Shown here: positions 39,251 through 47,792 of the stretch, piece after piece
Position numbering within the stretch: the stretch's first letter is position 1
Layout of the letters: every line of letters starts with the position of its first letter
Source of the DNA: a virus
Reading direction: 5' to 3' (one strand)
Virus record (IMG/VR): IMGVR_UViG_3300042520_000860
Coordinates: 14,299-78,298 of that record
DNA: 64,000 nucleotides
Notes under the pieces: model-generated
What the model was told of the DNA's origin: nothing
Database searches by the model: none
Seen by the model: the letters and a program-made list of their open reading frames with translations, nothing else
Made by a program: the position numbers and the translations under genes

Positions 39251-40188
39251 TCGTTAGTGTCCTCAGTGGAAAGCTCATCCGAATGGTCTTGGGCATACAA
39301 GGCTTTGACCCGTTCAGTCAACCTAACATAACCAAGCTCAACGGCCCTATTAAAGTCCACTAGAACCAAGGCACTGTTTTCCATTAAACGCTGAACCTCT
39401 TTCGGCGCATGCGCATAGTACTCGGCGACTTTACCATAATCGAACACGATGTGCCGACTAGCTGCGAATTTAAGAAAATCGGCAACTTCTTGATCGTCTA
39501 TTTGAGCACTTTCGATTTCCTCAATAAACTGATTGTACTTTTTAAGCCCTGCAAGCTCAGCCACTTTAGGTTTGTCACCAGTTGGAGTGTAGATAGGGAC
39601 GACAACCTTTCCAGTGTACGCTGATTCAGTATTCTCCGAGGACTCATCCGAATCCCCTTGCATACCAAGTCCATCCTCATCCCCCATAGGAGGAATAGCG
39701 CCATCAAAGCCAGTGATTTCAAGATCAAACGGAAGCTCCTCTGTTGAAAGCTCCGTAAGTATTTCATTTAAGGCAGGGAAATCCCACTCAGCGCTCCAAC
39801 GATTCGCCGCAATCATCGCCGCCTTTTCTTTTTGATCGTTCCACTTAACTTCACGATAGGCAAAGCGCGTACCCGTGCTGAGGACTACGTAACCGTAGGC
39901 AAGAGTCCCGGCCTCATCCGCACTCGGCAGTATTAACTCAACTGACTTAGTAGCCGCGCTATCTTCCTTGAACTCTGCCAACCTTTTATGACCACCGACT
40001 AAATGTCCAGAGGTCGTATTGAACACGATACCCGAAAGGTCGCCGAACTCTTTTAGCGATTTTCTGAATGCCTCTCGCTGGTCATCATCTCGCCATTCTT
40101 TACGAGGGTTTTTAGGGTTAGACGCTAGGGTATCTAAGCCTAGCGAGTCTACGGCATTTACAGCTTTTTCTTTTTTATTGTTTGTCAT
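39247..40188 (-). CDS. ParB/Srx-like N-terminal domain protein with additional C-terminal domain
   Basis: NPKNPR, SLKEFG, LVGGHKR, IAANR, WD motifs; acidic linker; YTGKVVVPIYTP...AEYYAH..SALV C-domain. Confidence 0.8.
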   Translation of the reverse strand: MTNNKKEKAVNAVDSLGLDTLASNPKNPRKEWRDDDQREAFRKSLKEFGDLSGIVFNTTSGHLVGGHKRLAEFKEDSAATKSVELILPSADEAGTLAYGYVVLSTGTRFAYREVKWNDQKEKAAMIAANRWSAEWDFPALNEILTELSTEELPFDLEITGFDGAIPPMGDEDGLGMQGDSDESSENTESAYTGKVVVPIYTPTGDKPKVAELAGLKKYNQFIEEIESAQIDDQEVADFLKFAASRHIVFDYGKVAEYYAHAPKEVQRLMENSALVLVDFNRAVELGYVRLTERVKALYAQDHSDELSTEDTND

Positions 40189-40211
40189 GTGATTAAGTAT
40201 TTTGTCGGAGG

Positions 40212-41024
40212 CTATTTTCGAGGAATTTCAATAGCCTTGCCATTATTAAGAATAGGGCGTTGCTTGAACTGAGACCAGCTAGCCCTTCCGCTGGCTTTAC
40301 CAAAGTGATTACACGCGACTAGACTTATGTCGTCTGGCCATAATTTTTTGAGATTACGTAGATGATTAAGTCTTCCAGTAGCGCCACCCCTTACATCCTG
40401 CATACCACCCGCTATGGCATCCGAACTAGCTGAATGTTGAAGATATTGAAAACAAAGTAGCGTTACCCATCCTTGTTTAAGTACTTGAAGAGAATAGTCA
40501 GTGTCTCCGGGAATAACGCGCCACCATGCGTCAACATCTGTGCGAAATAGCCCACAGGTGTAAATCAGCTGGTTCACTAGGAATGGGCGCGGCTCATTAA
40601 ACACCGCCCCTTGTGCTTTTGGACATGCCGCCGCTACGTTCTTAAACTGTGTAACAAACTCTTGAACGCCCAGTAAGGCATCGAGAGCCTCACACCGTTC
40701 GGCCTTAAATTTTCCATCAATGATTCCAACTCTTCGGCGAAATGAAATAAGATCGTCATCTATTTGCCAGTGCCACTTTGCCCCCATAGTACGGGCATGT
40801 CGCTTACAGAAATTACGAGAAAAGATAATCCCTTGATTATCCTTAGGCAATACGAGAATCCTATCTTCGCCATATTGGTTTGCGTAAGCCTCGCTTTCTT
40901 GCGGCTCCACCACTAAACGAAATGGGATATTGTTCCTCAGAAGTAGCTTGGGAGTAGTAGCGGAGTTTGCCCTTCCCTTTGAGGGCACATAGATAGGGAA
41001 TAGATTCTCTAGTTTCGCGCTCAT
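40212..41024 (-). CDS. second GT-A glycosyltransferase, TAGT/GREB1-like
   Basis: IYVPSKGRA, VEPQE, SRN, IDDD, DTDYSLQ, GGM motifs. Confidence 0.85.
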   Translation of the reverse strand: MSAKLENLFPIYVPSKGRANSATTPKLLLRNNIPFRLVVEPQESEAYANQYGEDRILVLPKDNQGIIFSRNFCKRHARTMGAKWHWQIDDDLISFRRRVGIIDGKFKAERCEALDALLGVQEFVTQFKNVAAACPKAQGAVFNEPRPFLVNQLIYTCGLFRTDVDAWWRVIPGDTDYSLQVLKQGWVTLLCFQYLQHSASSDAIAGGMQDVRGGATGRLNHLRNLKKLWPDDISLVACNHFGKASGRASWSQFKQRPILNNGKAIEIPRK

Positions 41025-41036
41025 GATTATCGGCGA

Positions 41037-41981
41037 TTAGTGACTCTCCCGCAGCGAGGGAACGCTCAGCACTGCCTCCATTGCTTGTGCCCAGCCTGTG
41101 TGTGGGCTAGTCATCCATGGCTCTCTTATTGCAAGAATGTCACGGCGTATCTGCATGGCCACACTGCTAGTGTTCACCGATCCATATGGCGAGATACGAA
41201 TCATAAACGGCTGCTCGAAACGCCTCACCAGATCGCTATGATACTCTAGCGCAGTGCTCCACTCTGCCGCGTGAGGCTTCAGACCGGCAGGAGTAGGTGC
41301 TGACCTAGATTGAATGATCTGTTTAGCCGTCAACTCTGGATCAATAAACGGCGACTGTATCTTTGTTAAGCACTCTACAAGAGCGTCTTCACTTGAAGTC
41401 ATTAGCTGGTCGAAGTCAAAGACCTCGCAGCCAATTTGAGTGAACGCCCAATCCATCCTCCACCTCATAAGCTGCCAACCCGCCACGGCCTGTCTCCGAA
41501 GGTCAGTAGCCGTTGAGCGTAGAAACTCCTTCAATTCACAATCAACCAACCCATGCGACAGGATTGAATGAAAGCAGGCCACGTACCAGCCGACTACCCT
41601 AACAGTAAGGGGCGGAAAGGTGTAGGAGATGTTTCTAGTTACGCCAAACGTGTGGAAACGTTTTGAGAATGCCTCCGCACAGAATGAGAAAAATACTTCT
41701 TTGGTAAAGTTGTAGGGCTCCTTATTCCACGACGAATCCAAGATTTTATCCACCGTGTCCGAATCAAGTTCTTTCGGGATATTACCTACGCACGGGTAAA
41801 GCTCACAACCTAAGTATGGCGAAAGCGCCTCATAGTACTTTTGATTTAGTACAGGGTTAAAGAACTCTTTAGGGTACATCGAAATGGACGGATTTGCCTT
41901 AGCGATGCAGTTTGAAAACCAAGTTGAGCCGGAGTTTGGCTGACTCACGAGCAGTAAATTACACTCAGTTTTCGTTTTCAT
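41037..41981 (-). CDS. P-loop sulfotransferase-like (or kinase-like) protein
   Basis: SQPNSGSTWF loop followed by EFFNP; start at MKTKTE. Confidence 0.6.
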   Translation of the reverse strand: MKTKTECNLLLVSQPNSGSTWFSNCIAKANPSISMYPKEFFNPVLNQKYYEALSPYLGCELYPCVGNIPKELDSDTVDKILDSSWNKEPYNFTKEVFFSFCAEAFSKRFHTFGVTRNISYTFPPLTVRVVGWYVACFHSILSHGLVDCELKEFLRSTATDLRRQAVAGWQLMRWRMDWAFTQIGCEVFDFDQLMTSSEDALVECLTKIQSPFIDPELTAKQIIQSRSAPTPAGLKPHAAEWSTALEYHSDLVRRFEQPFMIRISPYGSVNTSSVAMQIRRDILAIREPWMTSPHTGWAQAMEAVLSVPSLRESH

Positions 41982-42112
41982 GGTTTTGACTTGGTGAAGT
42001 TTTCGATCAGCGCAAACGAGCGCGTGCCACTTGGAATGTTCCAAGCGTAAGCGGACGGGTCAAACAAGTAGCGGTTGCCCTTGGTAAATGCTGGTTTGAG
42101 TTCTGGGGTCAC
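41978..42112 (-). CDS. possible 44-aa ORF (not in ORF track)
   Basis: GTG start, MTPELKPAFTKGNRYLFDP...; TGA overlaps next ATG. Confidence 0.35.
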   Translation of the reverse strand: MTPELKPAFTKGNRYLFDPSAYAWNIPSGTRSFALIENFTKSKP

Positions 42113-42329
42113 AGCGGGTGAGTCACCAGACAATCTTAATCCTCAAATGCTGTCAAGCTATTGGTGTGCAACTTGTGCGAAATAGTTTGTGACAAATCGC
42201 ACAGCTTTTCTGTCACAAAAGAAATTGCAACGTTTGCAATTTTGAAAAGTTGTTACTGGCAAGGACTCCTACGAGTAACAAACCTTTCGCCAACTCATTT
42301 GACTGGACGCGGTTATCCTATGGCTTATC

Positions 42330-42638
42330 ATGCGCCCGATGCTCAAGAGCGTTTCCATCGCTGGCCACAAGATACCGATACGCGTGAAGAATCTTGAGGA
42401 TTGCTACGGGCAGTATTCTCCCGATGCGAAGGTGATCGAACTCGACAGGAAGACGCTCAAGGATAGTAAGCTCCTTCGCGAAACTCTGCGGCATGAGATG
42501 GTCGAAGCCGCATTGTATCTCAGCGGCGTTGCCTACAGCGAAAACTACGAGCAAGAGCCAATCGTCCGTGCACTCGATGAGTTATTCTGGCCAGCTTGGG
42601 ACTCGGCCAGCAAACGGCTGGACAAGCTCACGCAATGA
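42330..42638 (+). CDS. small zincin-like (ImmA/IrrE-like) protein with degenerate HExxH
   Basis: YGQY...IEL...ETLRHEMVEA...EQE; only credible plus-strand gene. Confidence 0.65.
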   Translation: MRPMLKSVSIAGHKIPIRVKNLEDCYGQYSPDAKVIELDRKTLKDSKLLRETLRHEMVEAALYLSGVAYSENYEQEPIVRALDELFWPAWDSASKRLDKLTQ

Positions 42639-42661
42639 TTTGCAAGGTTTGCAAACTAATT

Positions 42662-42946
42662 TCAGCAGACTGGCCATGCTCGTAGCTCGTCATAAGTGAA
42701 GTCGTCATTGTCGTGGTCCGCCGACTCAAAGGGATTGTCGTCGTTCGGCCACGTGGGCTTATTCCAGCTCAGGCCGTTCTTTGCCAGTTGCCGCAATTCC
42801 TCTACCGTAGAGTTTTCCGCCGCCGCAATTCTCGACAAGGCCCTTTCCATCATGAATAGCTTTCCGCGCAGCGCGGATTCACGCTCGCCGCTCATTGCCA
42901 GCAGCCGCGCTTGCTCAAGGCATTCGTCGCATTGGCGCTTACTCAT
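42662..42946 (-). CDS. hypothetical protein
   Basis: Start taken at MSKRQC; LEQARLLA resembles LEQSKLLA in 45313-45543. Confidence 0.55.
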   Translation of the reverse strand: MSKRQCDECLEQARLLAMSGERESALRGKLFMMERALSRIAAAENSTVEELRQLAKNGLSWNKPTWPNDDNPFESADHDNDDFTYDELRAWPVC

Positions 42947-43136
42947 CAACGTTCTTTCCGCAGTCAGGGCAGTAATCCCCCATTGGCTCAACCCGTGAGA
43001 AGAATGGATCTTTGTCGCTGCCGCAATGCGGGCACTTAAACGACTTGGCCTCCTTGCGGAAGATGTCGTCGTGGTTGTTCCGAAATACTTCGCCGTTTAC
43101 GGGGCGCGGCGCATGGCCTTTTCCTGCTTGGTTCAT
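42939..43136 (-). CDS. small Zn-ribbon protein
   Basis: CPHCG...CPDCG. Confidence 0.6.
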   Translation of the reverse strand: MNQAGKGHAPRPVNGEVFRNNHDDIFRKEAKSFKCPHCGSDKDPFFSRVEPMGDYCPDCGKNVDE

Positions 43137-43762
43137 TTGGATGGTGGTAGTTCCCAGTTAAGCGGTACGAACGTCCTGCATGAAAAGTTGCTAAGACAAG
43201 CACTTATGGCTTCGTCACACTCTTTGAGCTGATCCTTGAGTTGCATGGCCTCTACTTCAAACAGATTGGCGGCGAGTCGGTAACGTTCAGCGGTTTCTTT
43301 TAGCGCAACAATCTCGCTCTCTAGTTTTGGAATGACCTCATCTGGTGAAACGATTCCATTGTCGTTCGGATGTTTTACCCCGCGAAGTCTAGCATCCATA
43401 ATTAGCGCCTCACTCTTCCAAGCGTCTCGCTCTTCTTTTAGCTCGGCGCACTCGCGTTCATGCTGATCGCCTAGCGTCGCAATCGACAGCAGCGCGTTGT
43501 CTCTTTTCCTTGTCATGCTTTGGAGTTCAGCCAGCGCGTCGTCTAGTTCTTCTTCGAGCTTTTTGACGTTAGATCGCGCCTCAAATAGGTTTTTCTCCAT
43601 CTCTAGCGATGCTTGATTGACGTACTTTGCGAACTCCCGCGCTTCGTCCCGCTCTTTTTCGAGCTTACGGGCTAAGTTGGAATGAACGACTGTCACTTCT
43701 AGCCCAGCGCCAACAAAGGTGCTGGCAGGGTATTCATTTGCGTCTGTTTCTGGTGTTTTCAT
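43133..43762 (-). CDS. coiled-coil hypothetical protein
   Basis: TPETD and ERDEAR motifs; overlapping junctions. Confidence 0.65.
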   Translation of the reverse strand: MKTPETDANEYPASTFVGAGLEVTVVHSNLARKLEKERDEAREFAKYVNQASLEMEKNLFEARSNVKKLEEELDDALAELQSMTRKRDNALLSIATLGDQHERECAELKEERDAWKSEALIMDARLRGVKHPNDNGIVSPDEVIPKLESEIVALKETAERYRLAANLFEVEAMQLKDQLKECDEAISACLSNFSCRTFVPLNWELPPSK

Positions 43763-44190
43763 CAGTTGTAGTTTTCGTCGCGCATAAGGCGGTTGAGTTT
43801 GGCAACGGCATTGCCTGAATGGATGACATTGATGTCATTGTAGAGTTCAATCAGTAGCCCTCTGTACTCGCCAACCTCTTCGGCAAGTTTTGCGTTGGCT
43901 TCACGGAGAACCTCTACGTCCTTTGGCAACATTCCTTCTGGAAAGCCAGCCGCCAGCTTATCGGCATAGGCTGTCATTTCGGAAAGCTCGCGTTGCAGCC
44001 CGTCGCGTTGCTCGCGCGCCTCAGCAAGCTCGCATTCGAGCTGGGGTAACTTAGCAATGCGGTTTGCAAGGTCAATCTGTTCGCCAATTGTATTTCCGCC
44101 GATATTTCCGCAAATCGTGTCATATCCGCTTGTTATGGTGAAGTCATAATCTTCGCGCTCATCCGCTACATACCAGTTCTCTTCACTCAT
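43762..44190 (-). CDS. coiled-coil hypothetical protein
   Basis: EAREQRD motif. Confidence 0.6.
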   Translation of the reverse strand: MSEENWYVADEREDYDFTITSGYDTICGNIGGNTIGEQIDLANRIAKLPQLECELAEAREQRDGLQRELSEMTAYADKLAAGFPEGMLPKDVEVLREANAKLAEEVGEYRGLLIELYNDINVIHSGNAVAKLNRLMRDENYN

Positions 44191-44437
44191 GGCTCCCTCC
44201 TTTCACGGCTTCGATTGCGGCTTCCCAACCATCAATCCATACGTCATGTCCAAGATCACGGATAATCCATATAGCCCAATCTTCGACTGTAAAACTCTCT
44301 CCGCCGTAGCAATGTGCAACAGGCTTCATTTCGTGGACTAGCTTTCCGTCACGGTATATTTGGTAGCCTTCCGCGTAACTACCACCGCAAGTTTCGCAGT
44401 CGTAGTCGTCATGAGTTGTTTTGATTTCGTATCTCAT
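44183..44437 (-). CDS. hypothetical protein
   Basis: 84 aa, CETCG; overlapping junctions. Confidence 0.6.
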   Translation of the reverse strand: MRYEIKTTHDDYDCETCGGSYAEGYQIYRDGKLVHEMKPVAHCYGGESFTVEDWAIWIIRDLGHDVWIDGWEAAIEAVKGGSHE

Positions 44438-44787
44438 TGATGTTCTCCTTTCACGGCGGCGAGTGCTTTCTCGATTAACTCGTATGCTGCACCTGTTAGT
44501 GAATAATTATGCCAAAGATCATTGAGCACCTCCGCCAGCCTGTCGCGTTGCTCGATAGCTTCCTCGTAATCTTCTATAGCAGAAAACAGAGCTTTCTGTG
44601 CTGTGTCGCGTTGCCCTTTGGTCTCAAAATAACGGTCTTCATATTTAGATGCTATCACCCTCGCCTCCTCGCGTTGCTTGCGCGCTTCATAAAGTTCGCT
44701 TTCCAATTGGACGATCCATCTCGACTCAAAACTATCATAGCCAAAGGCGGTTATGTCTGGTGTGTCGGTTTCTTGTTGGTCACTCAT
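44434..44787 (-). CDS. coiled-coil hypothetical protein
   Basis: Repeated EAxxQRD units. Confidence 0.6.
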   Translation of the reverse strand: MSDQQETDTPDITAFGYDSFESRWIVQLESELYEARKQREEARVIASKYEDRYFETKGQRDTAQKALFSAIEDYEEAIEQRDRLAEVLNDLWHNYSLTGAAYELIEKALAAVKGEHQ

Positions 44788-45092
44788 TGCTGGTTTCTTT
44801 CTACTGCAATCGCGAGGGCTTCAAGAGTGTCTGGGTCGATCTCGCCGCCTAGGTTGTAATCAGTCAGTGCGCTATCGACTAGCTTGGTAAGCTCATCCTT
44901 TGTCGCATTTGCAAACATTGCAAATTGGAGTGCGTCGTCTCTGTCGCGTTCCATGCGTCGGATGACTCCTAGGGCGCAAGTCACTTGCTCTTCAAGCAAA
45001 CCGATCTGTTCCTTCGCCCAAACCAACTCAGCCCGAAGGTTTGGTGAGTCCTCTGGCGGACTCCACCCTGTTCCGTACTCGTCGCTTATCAT
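44784..45092 (-). CDS. hypothetical protein
   Basis: ATGA overlaps at both ends. Confidence 0.6.
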   Translation of the reverse strand: MISDEYGTGWSPPEDSPNLRAELVWAKEQIGLLEEQVTCALGVIRRMERDRDDALQFAMFANATKDELTKLVDSALTDYNLGGEIDPDTLEALAIAVERNQQ

Positions 45093-45307
45093 TTTGTTTC
45101 TGGGTATTCGAGTTCAAGTAAAAGCTGAAGGCAATGGATTGCCTTTTCGATGTCTTGCCTACCGTTCTTTTCGCGGTGGCGCGTGACATAGCGAATCACG
45201 CTCGACTCGCAGTAGGGGAGGCGGTTGAGCTGGCAGTACTCGGCTGGCTGGATTGCGAGATGCTTGTAATGGGTTCCAGCGACTTGCGTTTTGAGCGGGT
45301 CGTTCAT
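45089..45307 (-). CDS. DUF3310 protein (T7 gp1.7-like nucleotide kinase family)
   Basis: QVAGTHYK, IQP, IRYVTR..KNG.QDIEKA. Confidence 0.8.
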   Translation of the reverse strand: MNDPLKTQVAGTHYKHLAIQPAEYCQLNRLPYCESSVIRYVTRHREKNGRQDIEKAIHCLQLLLELEYPETK

Positions 45308-45312
45308 GTGGG

Positions 45313-45543
45313 TTAGATGGATAGGTCTCGCAACGCGTCCTGTCTGGTCACTGCCAACCGCCGCCACTTTTCATTCTCGGCGAGTAGCTCTTCGATCCGT
45401 TTGAGGCTTGAGGCGAGGAGTTTGGATTGCTCAAGGGCCTCAGTCTTCCACGCCTCAAGTTCATGGCGAAGTGAATTGCATTCAGCCTGATACATCCGCT
45501 TGTCGGCAAGGATGCGGTCGATTGCTTCGTCAACGTAGCTCAT
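45313..45543 (-). CDS. coiled-coil hypothetical protein
   Basis: Start taken at MSYVDE (ATGA overlap). Confidence 0.55.
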   Translation of the reverse strand: MSYVDEAIDRILADKRMYQAECNSLRHELEAWKTEALEQSKLLASSLKRIEELLAENEKWRRLAVTRQDALRDLSI

Positions 45544-45830
45544 TGCGCGTCCTCCTTTTCTGCGGCCAAGATGATGAACGCTGGCGTATTCTCGCCAACC
45601 CATGCGCCTTCAACGTTGTAGGAAAAGTATTCCTCGGCTTCCTCAAGCGTCATGGATTCCATGAGTTGTCGGATGCACGCTTGCTGATCGTAGACTGCAA
45701 ATGGTTTTCCGAACTGCCTCGCAATTCCTAGGAAGCAGGATTCAAAGCCGTCGGCGAGTAGGATCACTTCATCATCACCAAGGCATACTTCAATGGCGTC
45801 GGAGATTCTTTTGTCTGGGTGGTAGGGCAT
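45540..45830 (-). CDS. conserved phage hypothetical protein
   Basis: ADGF...AVYD...EEAEEYFSYNVEGAWVGENTP, a pattern I recognise from aquatic phages. Confidence 0.7.
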   Translation of the reverse strand: MPYHPDKRISDAIEVCLGDDEVILLADGFESCFLGIARQFGKPFAVYDQQACIRQLMESMTLEEAEEYFSYNVEGAWVGENTPAFIILAAEKEDAQ

Positions 45831-46099
45831 TAGTCTAGGCGAGGGTTGAGTATTTCGGAGAGGATTGCTTTTATGCGATGATCGTCCTCAGTCAAGGCGT
45901 AAGCAAGTTGAGTTTTAAGGTTGTGCAGTTGTTCTGAACAATGGCGCAACTGCTTACGAAGCCTAACGACTTCCTCGTTTGAGATGTTCGCCTCAGTTAT
46001 CGCAGCTCCGTATTTGTCGAACCAATTACGCGCTGACTCTTGCCAGCGGTCGAGTTCTTTTTGCAGACTTGCGCAGTCAGTGTGGGTGTCAGTATTCAT
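45830..46099 (-). CDS. coiled-coil hypothetical protein
   Basis: 89 aa; TAATG overlap. Confidence 0.55.
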   Translation of the reverse strand: MNTDTHTDCASLQKELDRWQESARNWFDKYGAAITEANISNEEVVRLRKQLRHCSEQLHNLKTQLAYALTEDDHRIKAILSEILNPRLD

Positions 46100-46111
46100 G
46101 TGGGTTTATGG

Positions 46112-46993
46112 TTAGAGGTCTTCTGGGTGGCGAAAGCCAAGAAACGACGGGATGCGCGGCTTGTCCTTCATACCGATTGACTGATAGCGAAACTTGACGA
46201 GCTTTCCAAGATAGTTTTTGCGGTTGTCCCATATCTCTTTCCTCAGCGCGGCATCAAAGCCAGTGCCTAGGTTGAAGTCGCCGAAGCGTTCATGGCGAAG
46301 TACTAACGCGCCAAGGGTTCCAAGCGGCGTGAGGTTTTCTTTGTGCGACGAGCGGCGCGTATGACCAAGCTCATTGGTGGTGGCCTCGTTATCATTGCGA
46401 TGCTGTTCCTCGAAGTCGATGATCTCGGCCTCGTCGTCCTCGAAAGGTTTGAGTTTAATGAGGTGGCCTTCCTTGAAGGTTGACCTACCGAACTTGTAGA
46501 CTCCTCGCGGGGCGCGGATCATTGCGCCCTCGTATCCACGCGTCAAGCATGAGTCCAGATAGTCGTCCAGCTCGATGCGGTCGCGAATGAACTTGGTTTC
46601 AACCGCCTTCAGGAACGGGTGCTTTTTTGCAAGGTTTGCAATCCTGAAAATGTACTGATTGACCCGTTGCTCATACGGTAGCGCGGGACTGGTGAAGGTA
46701 TCAAAGACATGGAAGGCGAAGTCGGGCTTGCCGCCGCGCGTCATAATCCCAGATGTGACATCTTGGAATGATGCGCCATCGCCCACCATCAACTCGCCAT
46801 CAAAGCCATCGAACTCAGGCCGTGTCAGCGTCGCGCTGATGTGGCTGTTTGGAATGGGTTTGAGCGAGCGCGTCTTTGGCATGCCGTTAATCACAAGGCA
46901 ACGGATTCCGTCCAGCTTCGGTGAGGCAATCAGCGGAAAGCGCAGCGTGTGCGCCTCAGCATCAAAGGATGCCGCGAGCATGGGCTTAATCAT
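46112..46993 (-). CDS. minimal ATP-dependent DNA ligase
   Basis: KPMLA, KLDGIR, DGEL, VFD, EGAMIR, KLK, PRIPSF motifs. Confidence 0.93.
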   Translation of the reverse strand: MIKPMLAASFDAEAHTLRFPLIASPKLDGIRCLVINGMPKTRSLKPIPNSHISATLTRPEFDGFDGELMVGDGASFQDVTSGIMTRGGKPDFAFHVFDTFTSPALPYEQRVNQYIFRIANLAKKHPFLKAVETKFIRDRIELDDYLDSCLTRGYEGAMIRAPRGVYKFGRSTFKEGHLIKLKPFEDDEAEIIDFEEQHRNDNEATTNELGHTRRSSHKENLTPLGTLGALVLRHERFGDFNLGTGFDAALRKEIWDNRKNYLGKLVKFRYQSIGMKDKPRIPSFLGFRHPEDL

Positions 46994-47556
46994 TGCGCAC
47001 CTCCTTTCTGCTTGAGCGACAAGCGACCAAGCCCAGCGGTGAACCATTTAGGCGGGGAGCAAAACTTCCACTTAGCGAAACTACTTTTATCGTAGATGTA
47101 GTACAGGCGATACTTTTCAACTGCCGTAAGGCCATCAAACCCTTGATGCTTGCGGCATTGCTGCTGGTCTGAGATGGCGATAGCAAAGTCGGTCAGCCCA
47201 CCAAGAGGAACGAGCGAGTCATTGTAGCGCAAGTCGCACCATCGAATAAATTTCTCAGAAAAGTGAGACCCGCCATAGCGGCGCTTTTTTTCATGGCACA
47301 TAGACAGCGCGTGAAGGATCAGCCAATCCATGTTTTCAGAAGAGGCCATAACCCACCGCGTGCAAGGGTGGTTTGAGTACCCATGCGAGCGTGGGTTGCC
47401 GTTACTATTGCGGGGACAATCATTCGCGGCAAGGCGTTCCAAGGTAAAGCAGTTAGCCAGCATTTGAGCAGACTCAACAATCATCTTGATGACATGGGCA
47501 TCACATAAGTCCCTCGCCGCTTTTTCTGGATCTTGATCTAAGCAGAATATGTTCAT
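46990..47556 (-). CDS. pyrimidine-dimer DNA glycosylase/endonuclease V-like protein
   Basis: MNIFCLD, HVIKMIVESAQML, HPCTRW, YRLYY motifs. Confidence 0.8.
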   Translation of the reverse strand: MNIFCLDQDPEKAARDLCDAHVIKMIVESAQMLANCFTLERLAANDCPRNSNGNPRSHGYSNHPCTRWVMASSENMDWLILHALSMCHEKKRRYGGSHFSEKFIRWCDLRYNDSLVPLGGLTDFAIAISDQQQCRKHQGFDGLTAVEKYRLYYIYDKSSFAKWKFCSPPKWFTAGLGRLSLKQKGGAQ

Positions 47557-47559
47557 GGG

Positions 47560-47724
47560 TTAATCTCCTAGTGCGGTTCTATCAACATAGTCCTCGAAGC
47601 AAAGCTCACAAAGGATGCCGATCTTGCTACGGTGCATTCGAATCTCATCGGACTTCATTTGCGCTGGACTGACGACTTGCCCACAATCAGCGCAAGTCAA
47701 AGGTTGGTCATGTATTACAGACAT
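47560..47724 (-). CDS. 54-aa CxxC..CxxC zinc-finger protein (not in ORF track)
   Basis: Manual translation MSVIHDQPLTCADCGQ...LCELCFEDYVDRTALGD; paralog at 51312-51479. Confidence 0.75.
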   Translation of the reverse strand: MSVIHDQPLTCADCGQVVSPAQMKSDEIRMHRSKIGILCELCFEDYVDRTALGD

Positions 47725-47792
47725 AGCGTTAATTTATTTGGTTGGCGAGTTGGTAGTTTAAGAGGCGCGGGGATTGAACCCACGCCGGAAGT

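Noticed and set aside
47764-47786. tRNA gene suggested by GGTTCAATCC
   Set aside because: Only an isolated hairpin; no D or anticodon arms, and the upstream sequence is ardC coding.
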